Part shown: positions 35,239 through 37,373 of the stretch, one piece after another
Layout of the letters: each line of letters opens with the position of its first letter
Position numbering within the stretch: position 1 is the first letter of the stretch
Assembly: GCA_043801595.1 (NCBI GenBank)
Contig: JAZDLW010000017.1
Coordinates: 1-37,373 of the forward strand
DNA length: 37,373 bases
Source: Candidatus Aenigmatarchaeota archaeon
GTDB taxonomy: Archaea > Aenigmatarchaeota > Aenigmatarchaeia > JACPZZ01
Reading direction: 5' to 3'
The notes under the pieces: generated by a model
Told to the model about the DNA's origin: nothing
Seen by the model: only the letters and a program-made list of their open reading frames with translations
The model's database searches: none
Program-made: the position numbers and the translations under genes

Positions 35239-36360
35239 ATGAAAAACGACGATTTCATCGTAACACCGTGGGAAGTCAAAGGCGACATAGACTACGAAAA
35301 GCTGACAAGGAGTTTTGGCGTAAAACATATCGACGAAAAAATTCTCCACGAACTGCAAAAGTATGCAGGCAATCTGCATTACTTGCTCAAGCGAAAAATC
35401 TTCTTTTCTCACATGTATTTTGATGAGATATTGAACGAGGCGAAAAAGGGCAACAAATTTTATCTGTACACCGGGCGCGCGCCTTCCGGTCCTGTACATC
35501 TCGGTCATATCGTTCCATGGATTTTTACGAAGTGGCTGCAGGACAAATTCGACGCGCCGCTGCTTTTTCAGATTCCGGATGAAGAGAAATTCCTTTTCAA
35601 GGACAATCTTACGCTGGATGCGACAAAAAACTGGGCGAAAGAAAACATATTGGACATAATAGCGCTCGGATTTGACGCGAAAAAAACGAAAATATTCCTG
35701 GATACCGAGTATGCGGGTCATATGTACAAAACCGCGTGCATGGTCGCAAAAAGGACGACACTTTCGACTACGAAAGCGCTTTTCGGGTTTGACGACTCAA
35801 ATAACGTGGGTGAAGCATTTTACACGTGCATGCAATCTGTTCCTGCGTTCCTGCCAACGATAATGGAAGGAAAACAAACGCGCTGCCTGATACCCTGCGC
35901 GATAGACCAGGACGTGCACTTCAGGCTGACGCGCGACGTGGCGACGCAGATAGGATTCCCTAAACCCGCAACGATACTTTCACGGTTCCTTCCAAGCTTG
36001 ACCGAGGGCGGCAAGATGTCGTCGTCTGCCGAAAACACTGCGATATTCACCACAGACAACGAAAAAACGGTCAGAACAAAGATCATGAAGTACGCGTTTT
36101 CGGGCGGCCGCGAAAGCATGGAGGAGCACAGAAAAAAGGGCGGCGTACCAGAGATCGACGTGCCGTACCAATATCTCACGTATTTTATGGAAGACTCAAC
36201 CAAATTAAAAAAAATATACGAGGACTACAAGTCCGGAAAAATGCTGAGCGGCGAGATAAAGGAAATAACGGTCGACGTGATAAACAGGTTTCTGGCCGAA
36301 CACCAAATGGAACGCGAAAAAGCAAAGGATGTTGCAGAAGAATTCATGCTAAGGGACTGA
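35239..36360 (+). CDS. trpS: Tryptophan--tRNA ligase
   Basis: VTPWEV.G.IDY.KL, YTGRAPSG..HLGH, PCAIDQD..FR..RD, KMSSS, AFSGG. Confidence 0.97.
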   Translation: MKNDDFIVTPWEVKGDIDYEKLTRSFGVKHIDEKILHELQKYAGNLHYLLKRKIFFSHMYFDEILNEAKKGNKFYLYTGRAPSGPVHLGHIVPWIFTKWLQDKFDAPLLFQIPDEEKFLFKDNLTLDATKNWAKENILDIIALGFDAKKTKIFLDTEYAGHMYKTACMVAKRTTLSTTKALFGFDDSNNVGEAFYTCMQSVPAFLPTIMEGKQTRCLIPCAIDQDVHFRLTRDVATQIGFPKPATILSRFLPSLTEGGKMSSSAENTAIFTTDNEKTVRTKIMKYAFSGGRESMEEHRKKGGVPEIDVPYQYLTYFMEDSTKLKKIYEDYKSGKMLSGEIKEITVDVINRFLAEHQMEREKAKDVAEEFMLRD

Positions 36361-36429
36361 CACCACATTCTTTTCGTGTGCCTTTCAAACTTTTAGGCTA
36401 TTTTTACGTGTAAAACCGTATACTAAATT

Positions 36430-37373
36430 ATGAAAGCCATAACACCGGTCATTTCGCTGATAATGCTTATGCTTGTTACAGTAGGAATTGTTGGCGTGTC
36501 GTATACGTGGTTCTCCGGACTGATGGCAAGCAACACCGAGAAAATTATAACCATTCCTCCTGGTGGCGCGCAATGCTACAACAGCAAAATAAACGTACTT
36601 GTCAGGAATTCGGGCACTGCGTCGAATATAACGGACGATGATATTGTTGTTGCCGATATCAACGGCGTTAGCGTACGCAACACGCTGTTCTTTGGAAATT
36701 TCAACCAGTCCGGTCTGGTCGGCTACTGGCGTTTCGAGCAGTCGAACGGCTCGGCTGCTACGAACGATTCTTCGGGTTACGGCAACATGGGAACCTTGAC
36801 GAATATGAATTTGACAGGGAATGCAACGAGCGGTTTAACAACAAACGGTCGGTTCGGAAATGCGCTGGTGTTTGACGGGGTGAATGATTACGTCAGTCTG
36901 CCGAGCTCTTCCTCCCTTGAATTCGGAGGGAAAAATATATTCACAATAGAATCTTGGGTCAAGTGGAACGGCGTAGGACATAATTATCAACTAATCGTGG
37001 ATTTGGGCGCGTATGACCTCTTTTTTTATCTTATCGGCGGCATACCGAGCGTAACTTTCTATTATGGTCCCGCTTCTGCCTATACTGCACAAATGACTGG
37101 CTCCTTCTCCTCCGATATGTGGTATCATCTGGTCGCAACCTATGACGGCAGCAACCTGAGATTATACAAGAACGGGGTTTCAGGTTCACCGGTTTCGACT
37201 GGCGGAGTCCTTGTCAGGGATTTTAGCAACACCAACAGGATTGGAAACTCTGTGCCCGGCGACATGGGAGGTTTCAACGGCGCAATCGACGAGGTCCAAG
37301 TTTGGAACAGGGTTTTAAGCCCTGAAGAGATCTTGCAGCTCAACAAAACCGGTTCGGGAAATTTCACGATTGG
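36430..37373 (+). CDS. Type IV pilin with an inserted LamG/concanavalin A-like domain (3'-partial, absent from the ORF track)
   Basis: Manual translation is open to the window end: MKA|ITPVISLIMLMLVTVGIVGVSYTWF...IPPGGAQC...GLVGYWRFE...DSSGYGN.GTL...G.FGNALVFDGVNDYV...FTIESWVK...WYHLVATYDG...LYKNG...FNGAIDEVQVWNRVLS.EEI. Confidence 0.93.
   Translation, partial: MKAITPVISLIMLMLVTVGIVGVSYTWFSGLMASNTEKIITIPPGGAQCYNSKINVLVRNSGTASNITDDDIVVADINGVSVRNTLFFGNFNQSGLVGYWRFEQSNGSAATNDSSGYGNMGTLTNMNLTGNATSGLTTNGRFGNALVFDGVNDYVSLPSSSSLEFGGKNIFTIESWVKWNGVGHNYQLIVDLGAYDLFFYLIGGIPSVTFYYGPASAYTAQMTGSFSSDMWYHLVATYDGSNLRLYKNGVSGSPVSTGGVLVRDFSNTNRIGNSVPGDMGGFNGAIDEVQVWNRVLSPEEILQLNKTGSGNFTI

Overview
Archaeal chromosomal segment, most likely from a DPANN-type lineage. 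That assignment is inferred from gene content and compact spacing and was not verified. Housekeeping genes: thermosome, EF-1alpha, aIF-1A, Dim2, NMD3, TopoVI A/B, EndoQ, tRNA splicing endonuclease, GlyRS, TrpRS, and a CBS+HPF hibernation-factor-like protein. There are five tRNA genes: Val-TAC, Ala-GGC with one intron, Asn-GTT, Phe-GAA, and a rare Ile-TAT with two interlocked non-canonical introns. Surface machinery comprises a cluster of paralogous Ig-like surface proteins and a large type IV pilus operon. The pilin head domain recurs in three architectures: plain pilins each paired with a small 2-TM protein, a head fused to a multi-TM anchor with no class III signal, and a pilin with an inserted LamG domain that the ORF track misses because it is truncated at the window end. 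Intergenic DNA carries two families of short palindromic repeats that nest in each other and resemble the tRNA intron hairpins, plus two K-turn/box C/D-like motifs. All protein calls come from motif recognition by eye; no searches were run.
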